A DNA stretch of 64,000 nt from Octopus vulgaris (Eukaryota). A program made the translations under genes and the position numbers. Shown here piece by piece: positions 1-11,069 of this stretch. Numbering within the stretch: the first letter of the stretch is position 1; each line of letters opens with the position of its first letter. The DNA lies in the NCBI GenBank assembly GCA_951406725.2, contig OX597816.1, positions 75,206,001 to 75,270,000 on the forward strand, given 5' to 3'. The notes under the pieces were generated by a model, which searched no databases, was not told the origin of the DNA, and saw only the letters and a program-made list of their open reading frames with translations.

Positions 1-380
1 TTTCTCAAAATGCAATGATATTCTGATGTATGCGCAAAGAGTTGTAGTACTGACTACATTACAAAAATGTGTATTGCAGTAGTTCCACAGCAAACACCCA
101 GGAATGTCAAGGATGAAAGTACTTTGAGAAATTTAACATGAGTAAAAGCAAGAAAGTATTTACATTTTCATCAAAATATGCTACTGGCTTCAGTCACTTA
201 AAAAGATGATTTAGTCATGCTGAAATAAATGGAAAAATAAATAAAAATTTCATTATATCAGGTTCTGGAAGTTCACATGTTTTCCTTACAAAAATTACAT
301 TGTGCTGTTTCATTTCCTTCTGATTGTTGCTGGGTCATAGTGGTAGTAGCAGCAGCAGGAGACTCCTGATATTGTCCTTT

Positions 381-1648
381 TATCAGGTCATCCCATAAGT
401 TCTGGCCGATTTTACCTTTTTTTAAAATTGAATGAAATTTAATAGTATTTTAGAATGTTTAATGGAATTAAAAATTATTTTTATGCATTTGTATACATTT
501 AAACTAATTAAATATTATTTTACAGAATAATAGATTAACAATTTCTTTGATTAAAACCCTTTCTAACATGGAAGTATCCAAAGAGTATTTGAGGCACATA
601 ATGCTTTATGAGTACAAAAAAAGGAAATTCTGCAGCCAAAGCAACTTGAAACATACACTCAGTTTATGGGAAAGAATGCTTGAATGAAAGAACTTGCAAA
701 ATTCAGTAGTGGAGATTTCAGCCTTGAAGATGAAGATCGAACAGGACGTCCAGTTGATGATAAGCTCCTTGAGGCATTACTTGAAGAAAATCCTGGATTA
801 TCAGTTGAAGAATTGGCAATAAAGCTTAGTTCAAACCATACAACTGTTCATCATCATCTTCAACAACTTTGAAAGGTTCCTAAACTTGGAAAATGGGTGC
901 CTCATGAATTGTCCAAAAGCAACTGCAAATCCCAAGTTGACATCTGCTCTTCTCTCCATTCTTGTGAACTCATTTCACCCTTTTTGGATAGACTTGTGAC
1001 TGGTGACTGAAAATGGATCTTCTATGGAAATGTTAAACATCATAAACAGTGGCTTGGTAAAAGGAAAAAAGTTCAACCACAACCAAGAAGGGAACTTCAT
1101 GGGAAAAAGGTTCTTTTCTCTATCTGGTGGGATTGCAAAGGAGTAATTCACTTTGAATTGTTACCACCTAATTCAACAATCAATGCTCAAGTCTACTGTC
1201 AGCAATTAGAGTGTTTGAACCAAGCTTTAAAGAAAAGAAGACCTGCTTTAGTGAATCGAAAAGGATGGTGTTTCATCAGGACAATGCGCGACCCCACACT
1301 GCAAAGATCCCATCACAGAAGATCGAAGAGATTAGTCGGGAAAAAATTCCTCATCCACCTTATTCTCCCAACCTTGCTCCTTCAAACTACCATTTGTTTT
1401 GTAGTTTACAGAATCATTTGGGGTACATAACTTTCGCAAGTCAGGAGGAGGTTGAAATTGACATTTCAGAGTTCGCTTTGAAACCAAAAGAGTTTTACAT
1501 TGATGGGATTAAAAAGCTTGTAAATAGATGGAAGGAAGTCATAGATAATCAGGGAAAGTACATTGATTAAATTTCAATTAACTATAACATTTGATCACTT
1601 GTTTTACTTTATTCAAAATTTGGACAGAACTTATGGGATGACTTGATA
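381..1648 (+). mobile_element. Full-length but decayed mariner (Tc1/mariner) DNA transposon
   Basis: Terminal inverted repeats tatcaggtcatcccataagttctg (381) and cagaacttatgggatgacttgata (to 1648). Frameshifted transposase pieces: HIMLYEYKK, FSSGDFSLEDEDRTGRP, WVPHELS, FHQDNARPH, HPPYSPNLAPSNYHLF, LVNRWKEVIDNQGKYID. Several stops and frameshifts. Confidence 0.93.
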
Positions 1649-2209
1649 ATACAGTAAGTCCTTAAGAGATGTTATCTCAGGACAAATACTGTAGTAACTA
1701 GCCTTTCAACAGTGTTTATATATTAAGTATGATACCTAAATGGCTACTTTAATTAAATACTGCCTCAACCTGTTATACTGTTCATTTTTTTTTTTTTTTT
1801 TTACTTCATCTTCACATTTAAAAAAAATTTTTGTCTTACTTAAACACACTTGTTCTTAGAAGAAATTGTTTTAGTAATCTACATTTTGTCTTCTGATTTT
1901 ACTGATTTACATATTAAATGAAAATATTGAAGTGTATTGTTACAATAAAACTATGATTTTGGGGGACTATTAATATCATTTTTGAGATGAAAAGACTTTC
2001 AAAACATACACTATATGTTTCCATCAGTTTGATCGTCAACGAAAAATAATTCAGATATAAATATTAAACATTTTCTATTTCTAAAGAAGTTTACAGTTCA
2101 AAAACATTATAACCATATTAATACCAACTCATTTATGATATATATACATTTACTGTCACTTGAAGTTGTATTTTTATGTATTTATCATTGTTTCTTTGTT
2201 AACATTCAG

Positions 2210-2328
2210 GAATGTCTTTCCATGACCTCTACCAGCGTTGCCGAGAATCATTTTTAGTAAACAATGATATTGCTTTGCGATCACAGTTGACAGAGTTCAG
2301 AGACCATAAGCTGATTAAATCTAAGAAG
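2210..2328 (+). CDS. ORC2: ORC2 (origin recognition complex subunit 2), penultimate coding exon
   Basis: Acceptor tttctttgttaacattcAG at 2208-2209, donor GTaaaa at 2329. Translates (G)[39 protein letters not shown], matching the conserved ORC2 C-terminal motif ([22 protein letters not shown]). Upstream exons are presumably outside the window. Confidence 0.93.
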
Positions 2329-2384
2329 GTAAAATTTAATTCTTTACATTTTATAATTGGAAATTGGTCATGCTCAATATGCAG

Positions 2385-2720
2385 ATAGTAACTCCATAAC
2401 TATGAACCCAGTACAAGCAATGGGTACACAAAAGATGACATAGAATCTCAGGCAGACTGACAGAGGAGAATTCCATATGTAATAAATGCATAGGAGTAGC
2501 TTGTAATAAGGGCACACAAGAACAGATGTCTCTCAATTGTTCTGAAGACTTCTTAGAAGTAGTTGGTAACTCCTGTTACCTAGGTGACCAATCAGTGGTG
2601 GAGGTGGGTGTCACAAAAGAATACCATGCAATTCCATTGTAGCAAGACATGGGCTCTGAATTTCGAAAATATGTGAAGACTGGAAAGAAATCTTGTGATA
2701 AGCTACATGAAGTTGATGAA
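2385..2720 (+). mobile_element. Degenerate RTE-type LINE fragment
   Basis: Similar to the RTE copy at 38.6-39.1 kb (acccagtacaagcaatgggtacacaaaagatg; ttagaagtagttggtaactcctgttacctaggtgaccaa). Confidence 0.6.
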
Positions 2721-3005
2721 GATGACAAATGGAGAAATATATTTTATTTTTATGTCTGCTTTCCTTGCCAGCACAGGTTCAAATGGTGTGTTATAGTTCA
2801 ATATGTTCTCATTTAAAGTTACTGCCCTCCAGATATTTTAATTTAGGTTTGGTTTCCTAATGCCAATCATTAAAGAGTGTACTAGGTGCATTTTATTGTG
2901 GTACCAACACTAGAGAGGTTTCTATGTCCTCAACAGACCAAATGCTCTCAACCTTATGTTGGTTCTGTTTGTTTGCCACCTACTTATCCAGATGTTTAAG
3001 CTGTG

Positions 3006-3545
3006 AAGGTCCAGAAAGTCGACCTCGACGGAATTTAAACACCGAATGTAAAGACCGGTGAAATATCACTATGCATTTTATGGCGGAATGCTAACGATTC
3101 TGCTAGCTTACTGCCTCAAAGTCCAGAAATATTAGTTTTAGATTTTGGCACAAGGCCAACATGTTTGCTGGAGGGGATAAGTTGCTGTAATCAACCCCTA
3201 GGGCACAACTGACACTTATTTTATCAACACCAAAAAGATGAAAGGAAAAGTCAACCCCAGCAGAATTTGAACTCACAACATAAAGACAGACAAAATACTG
3301 TTAAGGATTTTGCCCAGCATGCTAACAATTCTGCCAGTTTGCCACCTTAAGGTCCAGAAATATTAGTTTCAAATTTTGGCATAAGGCCAGCAATTTTGGG
3401 GAGGTGGACCCTGAAAGGATGAAAGGTAAAATTGACCTTGGCAGAATTTGAACCCAGAACATAACAATGGGCAAAATGCCACTAAGCATTTTGCCCAGTG
3501 TGCTAATGATTCTGCCAGCCCACCACCTTAAGGTCCAGAAATATT
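3006..3545 (-). mobile_element. Three tandem tRNA-derived SINE copies (Meta-domain-like core) separated by a repeated target sequence
   Basis: Core aaaggatgaaaggcaaagtcgacctcggcggaatttgaactcagaac in each copy (the first is truncated). aaggtccagaaa recurs at 3006, 3118 (one mismatch), 3349 and 3530. Confidence 0.8.
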
Positions 3546-4364
3546 GATAGCAACTTTATCATACTAAACAAACTGAAGGACTGAAATGTAAATATAGAAA
3601 TCTTTAAATTAGAACACAATCAGGTTTCCATGTCGATGCAGGTATGTGTAGATAAATTCACTTTGCAATGGTTCCATGTTTAATCCTATTACATGGTTCC
3701 TATGGTCTTTTACCAGCATATATTTTGTGAGTAAAACTAGGTAGAAGGAAACTGCGTGGATTCTTGTAGGATGGACCTGCACTGTTTTTGATTGTTGGAT
3801 CTAGCCCATCATTTGTTTAGCATGGCCACTCAATCTTGGTTGCCTTCAGCAAAGTGCATTAGCACCTGAGCAGTTATATTGTTATGTAGTCATAGTCAGC
3901 CACATAGTCTGTTGAGCAATTGAGTGTGCACTATAGAGCCAATTCTTGCAATATATTACACGCCTCTACCTGGTTGTTGTGGTTTAGCCTCACCAAATCA
4001 TCTTGATCAAGCAGATCTATGATTGAAAGTGGCCCAAGTCTAACCATTTCATCTGTTTGTATATCAAGGCTACTTTGTTTAAAATGTTCTCTTCCTTTAA
4101 GATACGAGGATGAGATTTGAAAGAGACTTTGGCTACTGTTTCTAGCAGGTCAAACGACTACATAGAGGTAGAGACTCAGTAGTACCAAGAAAAGAACCAT
4201 TACATTTTACTCAACCTGCTAGAAACAACAGCCAAATTTCCTGTTGTATTACTGTCTTAAAATAACTCAATATTTACGTCTCAATCTTTTAGTTTATGTA
4301 GTAGTCTAGAGAGTAACATTAACAGTCACTAACTTCTTTATGCTCTGTTGTAAATAAAAGAAAC

Positions 4365-4555
4365 CTTATCATCACCATTTAACGTCTGTTTTCCATGCTG
4401 GCATGGGTTAGACAATTTGACTGCAACTGGTAAGCCAGAGAGCTGCACCAGGCTCCAGTTGTCTGTTTTGGCTTGGTTTCTACAGCTGAATACCCTTCAT
4501 AACATCAACTACTTTACAATGTACTGAGTGTTTTTTATGTGTCCCTGGTATTGGC
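4365..4555 (-). mobile_element. Short RTE 3'-tail fragment
   Basis: atcatcaccatttaacgtctgttttccatgctggcatgggtt is the reverse of the LINE 3' end at 39880-40050. Confidence 0.7.
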
Positions 4556-4729
4556 AAAGACCACGTATGTGGTATATTATGAATTTAGTGTTAGTATAGT
4601 AGCTTAAATCTTTAGCATATTATATAATATTGATTGTAAATTATTTTAATTGTGACTTTTATTCATATTGAAATTTTGTTTTGAATACACTTAAATCTGA
4701 ATTGTAGACTGGGAAATAATCACAGAATT

Positions 4730-7615
4730 CATCATCATCATCATCATCGTTTAACGTCCGCTTTCCGCGCTAGCACGGGTTGGACGGTTTGACCGGGTCT
4801 GGGAAGCCAGGGGCCGCACCAGGCTCCAGTCTGAATCTGGCAGAGTTTCTACGGCTGGATGCCCTTCCTAACGCCAACCACTCCGTGAGTGGATTGGGTG
4901 CTTTTTACGTGCCACCTGCACAGGAGCCGGAGGGTCCGGCATCGTCACGATCGGTTCGAGCATTTTAACGTGTCAGCGGCACGGGGGCAACGAGGTCCGG
5001 GGTACTTTGGGGATCCAGGGTACTTTGGGGATCTGGGGTACTTAGAATGAGTAGGGGGTATGTGGAATTGCTGCAGAAAGCAGCCCAGGTCTTTGTAGTC
5101 ACAGCATTTATCGTCACTGAGTAAGGAAGGGTTGGTGTAGGTTCCTAAGAAATAAAGACATTCGTTATCGTCACTGAGTAACGTTATTAGGTAGAGGAAA
5201 GAATACAGATATTCTAGAGTTGAGTTGGGGAGGGGGGTCCAGTTGAGGTGGGTAATATAGGGGAGCAACCAGTGGGGAAGGTTGGGGTAAGGAGGAACGA
5301 TGGCAGGAAGGGTTGGTGTAGGTTCCTAAGAAATAAAAACGTAGGATATTACGAGGCGGGAGGGTGCTAAAGGGGGATAGTCGGAATGAAGCAGTGTCCG
5401 GAGGAAGCGTAAGATCGGTGGGCAGTTGATGAGCTATGGCGCTAGCAGCTTGTCTTTTCACAGTGAAAGCATATGAGGAGAAGGGGTAGTGGGGGGAGGA
5501 GGAGGGAGTAGGGCTTACCCGGTGTAGATGAGTAAGGCGTATCCGGTGTAGATGGTGAGGACAGGGTATACTGGTATTGGTGGTGGGGGTGAGGAACAGT
5601 GTTCACCAGTATTGGTGGTGTTGGCGGTGAGAACAGTGTTCACCGGTATTGGTGGTGGGGGTGAGAACAGTGTTCATCGGTATTGGTGGTGGGGGTGGGG
5701 GGCGGGGCGCACCGCCAATGGCTGAAAGATGGCTGAAAGATGGGAAGAGATGGGAAGAGATGGGATTACGGCTTGAGGTAGCCTCGCCTAAGGTTAAATT
5801 TTGTAGAGAGAGAGATAGAAAGATAAATCAAGTTATGGCGAAGGCTTGAAAGTAGCCTTAAAAGGTTAAATTTTCGTAACAATGTATGAATAAACGTAGT
5901 AACAACGAATGGAAATATTAAGATAAATTTTTAAAGAACTTGCTGCGGACATCGATCGGGAGTTGAAATTTAAGAAGTAAGTTAGTTGAATTGGGAATTT
6001 AAATTGTAGAATCGTAATGGTAAGAGGAGGCAAAAAAAGACCGCCAATGGCTGAAAGATGGCTGAAAGATGGGAAGAGATGGGAAGAGATGGGATTACGG
6101 CTTGAGGTAGCCTCGCCTAAGGTTAAATTTTGTAGAGAGAGAGATAGAAAGATAAATCAAGTTATGGCGAAGGCTTGAAAGTAGCCTTAAAAGGTTAAAT
6201 TTTCGTAACAATGTATGAATAAACGTAGTAACAACGAATGGAAATATTAAGATAAATTTTTAAAGAACTTGCTGCGGACATCGATCGGGAGTTGAAATTT
6301 AAGAAGTAAGTTAGTTGAATTGGGAATTTAAATTGTAGAATCGTAATGGTAAGAGGAGGCAAAAAAAGACCGCCAGTGGCTGAAAGATGGCTGAAAGATG
6401 GCTGAAAGATGGGAAGAGATGGGAAGAGATGGGATTACGGCTTGAGGTAGCCTCGCCTAAGGTTAAATTTTGTAGAGAGAGAGATAGAAAGATAAATCAA
6501 GTTATGGCGAAGGCTTGAAAGTAGCCTTAAAAGGTTAAATTTTCGTAACAATGTATGAATAAACGTAGTAACAACGAATGGAAATATTAAGATAAATTTT
6601 TAAAGAACTTGCTGCGGACATCGATCGGGAGTTGAAATTTAAGAAGTAAGTTAGTTGAATTGGGAATTTAAATTGTAGAATCGTAATGGTAAGAGGAGGA
6701 AAAAAAGACCGCCAATGGCTGAAAGATGGCTGAAAGATGGCTGAAAGATGGGAAGAGATGGGATTACGGCTTGAGGTAGCCTCGCCTAAGGTTAAATTTT
6801 GTAGAGAGAGAGATAGAAAGATAAATCAAGTTATGGCGAAGGCTTGAAAGTAGCCTTAAAAGGTTAAATTTTCGTAACAATGTATGAATAAACGTAGTAA
6901 CAACGAATGGAAATATTAAGATAAATTTTTAAAGAACTTGCTGCGGACATCGATCGGGAGTTGAAATTTAAGAAGTAAGTTAGTTGAATTGGGAATTTAA
7001 ATTGTAGAATCGTAATGGTAAGAGGAGGCAAAAAAAGACCGCCAATGGCTGAAAGATGGCTGAAAGATGGGAAGAGATGGGAAGAGATGGGATTACGGCT
7101 TGAGGTAGCCTCGCCTAAGGTTAAATTTTGTAGAGAGAGAGATAGAAAGATAAATCAAGTTATGGCGAAGGCTTGAAAGTAGCCTTAAAAGGTTAAATTT
7201 TCGTAACAATGTATGAATAAACGTAGTAACAACGAATGGAAATATTAAGATAAATTTTTAAAGAACTTGCTGCGGACATCGATCGGGAGTTGAAATTTAA
7301 GAAGTAAGTTAGTTGAATTGGGAATTTAAATTGTAGAATCGTAATGGTAAGAGGAGGCAAAAAAGACCGCCAGTGGCTGAAAGATGGCTGAAAGATGGGA
7401 AGAGATGGGAAGAGATGGGATTACGGCTTGAGGTAGCCTCGCCTAAGGTTAAATTTTGTAGAGAGAGAGATAGAAAGATAAATCAAGTTATGGCGAAGGC
7501 TTGAAAGTAGCCTTAAAAGGTTAAATTTTCGTAACAATGTATGAATAAACGTAGTAACAACGAATGGAAATATTAAGATAAATTTTTAAAGAACTTGCTG
7601 CGGACATCGATCGGG
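4730..7615 (-). mobile_element. Non-autonomous retroelement: RTE-type 3' tail, G-rich internal region and 5' tandem monomer array
   Basis: (ATC)n tail at 4730-4748, then the RTE 3' end (gtttaacgtccgctttccgcgctagcacgggttggacgg) with intact CpGs. Internally duplicated G-rich segment at 4980-5710, then the 329-bp array. No TSD found, so unity as one element is inferred. Confidence 0.6.
5711..7615. repeat. Tandem array of about 5.8 copies of a ~329-bp unit
   Basis: Units start accgcca(a/g)tggctgaaag at 5711, 6040, 6369, 6708, 7038 and 7366. Near-identical apart from copy number of an 11-mer (atggctgaaag), a 10-mer (atgggaagag) and an A-run. Confidence 0.97.
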
Positions 7616-7698
7616 TAGTAGAAATACTTGTCTCAAGTATTCAAACCAAATACTGAACCAATCAAATACAACTAATTTGTTCAAATTATTTGTTTCAG

Positions 7699-7782
7699 GC
7701 TGCAGATGGCATAGAACATCTCGTCATCCAACTTGATACATCCACATTGAAAGATTATTTTGAGACAGAAGAGGCATCATAA
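7699..7782 (+). CDS. ORC2: ORC2 final coding exon
   Basis: Acceptor tttgtttcAG at 7697-7698, phase 0 matching the previous exon. Translates AADGIEHLVIQLDTSTLKDYFETEEAS* (TAA 7780-7782), like the ORC2 C-terminus (DG.E.L.I..D..TL.DF.E.EE). Confidence 0.92.
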   Translation, partial: AADGIEHLVIQLDTSTLKDYFETEEAS

Positions 7783-7909
7783 AATTGGATGGGGCCATCC
7801 AGTAATTACTTTACAACTGAAGGTTATTTGAAATTTCCACTGTTGTTCAGAAAAAGAATTAAAGAATTTTGTAAGATAGACCATTTTATTTATATATCTA
7901 TTTTGAAAG

Positions 7910-7933
7910 AATAAAGTGTATTTTAAAAATAAA
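7910..7933 (+). terminator. Candidate ORC2 polyadenylation signals
   Basis: AATAAA at 7910-7915 and 7928-7933, about 130-150 nt after the stop. Confidence 0.55.
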
Positions 7934-8229
7934 ATATTTGTAGTTGCAAACAATAATTTAAATCAGTCATGTCAAATTATTTGAGGTTATCAAATATTAA
8001 ACTGATCCTTGATAAATGAGATTTTAGAATCATTTTTCCACACTTGTGTGAATTAATTGATTTTACAAATACAATCATTTATACAATAACCTAGCAGGTA
8101 TCTTTACTACTAGCGCTATCTTCAGAGCTTTGACCATCTTAGTTAGGTAGAGAAACTTACAAAAAGAACATTAAATGAAGCAGTTGTTATTTATTATACA
8201 CAAGTCATCTTCTTAGTTTTTCTTGTCTC

Positions 8230-8800
8230 TTTTCAAGACATCATCACCCCATTCCTGTTTAATCATGAGCAGCACTCAGCTAGTGCCCTCAATATTGTAT
8301 CACCTGTTGGATTTCACTTGATGAAACCACATTGCATTGCAATAGCTGGCCCTTCTCTTCAGTAGCAAAAGGTTCTTCAACCCACGACAATTAATGATAT
8401 TCTATAAAGCTTGGATGAGGCTCACTACAGAATATTGTTCTCACATCTTGGACAGTGCTACTGCTGCTGCACATAGACCCTTTTGACTGTATCCACAAAA
8501 GGCTGCTCAACTGATTAGCATTAAGTCACTAAGATATGTTTCAACCTCTGGCCCACAAGTACCTGTCTCTTCAGACGCTGCTTTTTCTACTGTTACTATA
8601 ATGGCATCTATACCTCAAAGCTGGCTGCACTCATGCCACCTCTACTCAGGCATTCATGTCCCATTCATCTCCAATTTATCAGACCCTGCACTACTCCAAA
8701 TCCTCCCTTTCCAGAACATTCACTCTCTGAAATTTCCTCCATGCTCATATCTTTCCCATGATTGTTCATTTACAAAGGTTTAGGAGGAACATAAATAGCA
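8230..8800 (+). mobile_element. Highly degenerate LINE (CR1/Jockey-like) 3' remnant
   Basis: Decayed motifs resembling L.DR.Q.KA..LI, QPLAH.R and FY.YYNG. No intact ORF. Confidence 0.4.
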
Positions 8801-8959
8801 ACAATCTCACTGATCTTAGAGAATCTGCAGAAGCCAAGGACTGATCTCTCCACATCCAACAAATAAAAAAAAGTCATTAAAGCAGAGTAGCACTGTTTTT
8901 ATTTAGTTTTTCTAAGTAAATATATTAAATTAGTATTATTGGTGTTTGAGAAAACTATT

Positions 8960-9900
8960 TGGTATTGAGTTACATTGCTTTAAATTCTGACCTTAATATC
9001 TTCTGAAGTTAACCTTGTTTTTAGCCCTATAGGGCTGATAAAATAAAGTACCAGTGAAATACTTGGGTCAGTTTAATTAACTATATCCCATCCACCCCAT
9101 CTTTATGGTCTTGTGCCTATATTATTATTATTATTATCAATAATAATAATAATCCTTTCTACTAAAGGCACAAGGCCTGATATTTGTGGAGAGGGGACTA
9201 GTTGATTACATTGACCCCAGTGTTTCACTGATACTTAATTTATCAACTCCAAAAGGATGACAGGCAAAGTTGACCTTGGTGGAATTTGAACTCAGAACAT
9301 AAAAACTGATGAAATGCTGCTAAGCATTATGCCTGGTATGCTAATGATTGTGCCAGCTCACTGCCTTAATAATAATAATAATCCTTTCAACTATAGGCAC
9401 AAGGCCTGAAATTTGTGACCCCAGTGTTTCACTAGTATTTAATTTATTGACCCTGAAAGGATGAAAGGCAAAGTCAACCTTGGTGGAATTTGAACTGAGA
9501 ATGCAGCGATGGGTGAAAAACTAAGCATTTTATCCAGTGTACTAACGATTCTGCTAGCTCGCCACCTTAATAGTAGTAGTAGTAGTAGTAATGAGGTGAA
9601 CTGGCAGAAATGAGTGTCAGAAGTAATACTACAAAGCATTTTGCCCACTGTGCTAATGATTCTGCCAGTTTGCTGCCTTAATAATAATAATAATCCTTTC
9701 TACTAAAGGCACAAGGCCTAAAATTTTAGGGGAGGTGATTAGTCGATTACATTGACCCCAGTTCTCAACTGGTACTTACTTTATTGACTATGAAAGGCAA
9801 AGTTGACCATGGCAGGATTGGAACTCAGAAAGTATAACTGAAAGAAATGCTGTTGAGCATTTTGTCTGGCATGTTAACGATTCTTCCAGCTTGCCGTCTT
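8960..9900. mobile_element. Cluster of Meta-domain-like SINE copies separated by (AAT)n/(AGT)n tracts
   Basis: Repeated aatcctttctactaaaggcacaaggcctga...ggatgaaaggcaaagttgacc...gaactcagaa at about 9150, 9380 and 9690 (minus), plus a + copy at about 8960-9120 facing them. Confidence 0.85.
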
Positions 9901-10546
9901 AACCATTATTAATATTGGCACTGATACATCACTAAGACCACATTTCTGGTAATTTCTATTAATTCTCCACAAGAATTTTCCTAACTGAAGTTGGTGGACC
10001 AGGATCCAGGATCCTAGGGTAAAGCCAGAACTTTCCCCCACAAATGTAGAGGTATATATCAAATGAGAACTTTAACATATTTTCAATCAGCTGAGTTCGA
10101 ATGTTCTTTCAACTATTAGTATCTGAAATTGTTAGACTAAAGTTCTCTGCATATTTTCTCTCCCTTTTATCCATTATCTATACAGATAATGGATATTATC
10201 TATTTAGCGTAGTTTAGTTCTGATTGAACAAACTTTTGATTGATGATGATCATAGCCATGATCATCTTATCAGGGTGTTGTGAACTACATTATCCAAAGT
10301 GCCCTTTGAGAGATCTAGCTATTTCTAGTTGGTAGAAAATCTCAAAGAGACTCTCTTACTGATATGATTAACTAAAAACCCTTGCAGGTGATACCCAATA
10401 TACCAGCAGTTCAGTGGCTGAAACCAGTAAAGGAATTGAGAATTGAAGTAATTCTCATGAAGTTTGGTGTGCTTAGCAAAGAAATATATCTTAGAGTTAA
10501 AAAAATAATTTAATCTTAAATAATTACTAACTGAAGAAGCAATCAT

Positions 10547-10744
10547 TTAACTAAGCTTTTAGCATTTAAACCAGCTACATCCAGCCCAAATATTCAATTG
10601 TTTCGTGTTCAAACTACCCAGATCCAGCCTCTCACACCTACCCTACAATGTCATTCTAAAAATACAAAAATTACATCGTCCAAAATTTTGAAAAAATTAT
10701 GCATGATTAATTCAAAACAAGTTGTTTGAATGCTAAAGAGTTAA
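10547..10744. mobile_element. piggyBac-like MITE (copy 1)
   Basis: TTAA-bounded (tttagcatttaaaccagc...gaatgctaaagagttaa). Homologous to 13690-13916. Confidence 0.55.
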
Positions 10745-10829
10745 AAATATTCCAAACTTAATTTTGTCATCAATACATACAAATGTTGAGTTTTAAATGA
10801 CATGAAAAAAAAATTTATAATTACAAGTA

Positions 10830-10856
10830 TTTATTTTACAATCATTAGCATTTATT
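10830..10856 (-). terminator. Candidate MRPS36 polyadenylation signals
   Basis: TTTATT on + at 10830-10835 and 10851-10856 (AATAAA on -), about 200 nt past the stop. The context is AT-rich, so this is uncertain. Confidence 0.4.
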
Positions 10857-11051
10857 AAAATTAAATGCTGTGATTTTTCAATACTTTTATGTTCCAAATA
10901 AACCTCTCGGAACTGTTAAAACTTGTTTGACAATATGAGAGTTTTTCTTTTCATTTTTTTTTTGTCTAAATCATGGTTATAAGGTCCTTGAGCTTTTATA
11001 ATAAATAAACAACACTAGCATTCTGGCTGTAACTTTCTGGAGATAAATCCA

Positions 11052-11069
11052 TTAGGCTGGGCCTCCTCT
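11052..11069 (-). CDS. MRPS36: MRPS36/KGD4 exon 4 (final coding micro-segment RGGPA*)
   Basis: Minus strand tttctacttcttgtttttcAG|AGA GGA GGC CCA GCC TAA completes the family C-terminus EEMEFIERGGP. Confidence 0.9.
   Translation of the reverse strand, partial: RGGPA

Noticed and set aside
3006-3545. CRISPR-like repeat-spacer look
   Set aside because: Eukaryotic context, repeat only 12-16 bp, the spacers are homologous SINE copies, and there are no cas genes.
5649-5849. ORF running into the 329-bp array
   Set aside because: Low-complexity translation of repeats, and each monomer contains stops. No evidence of coding.
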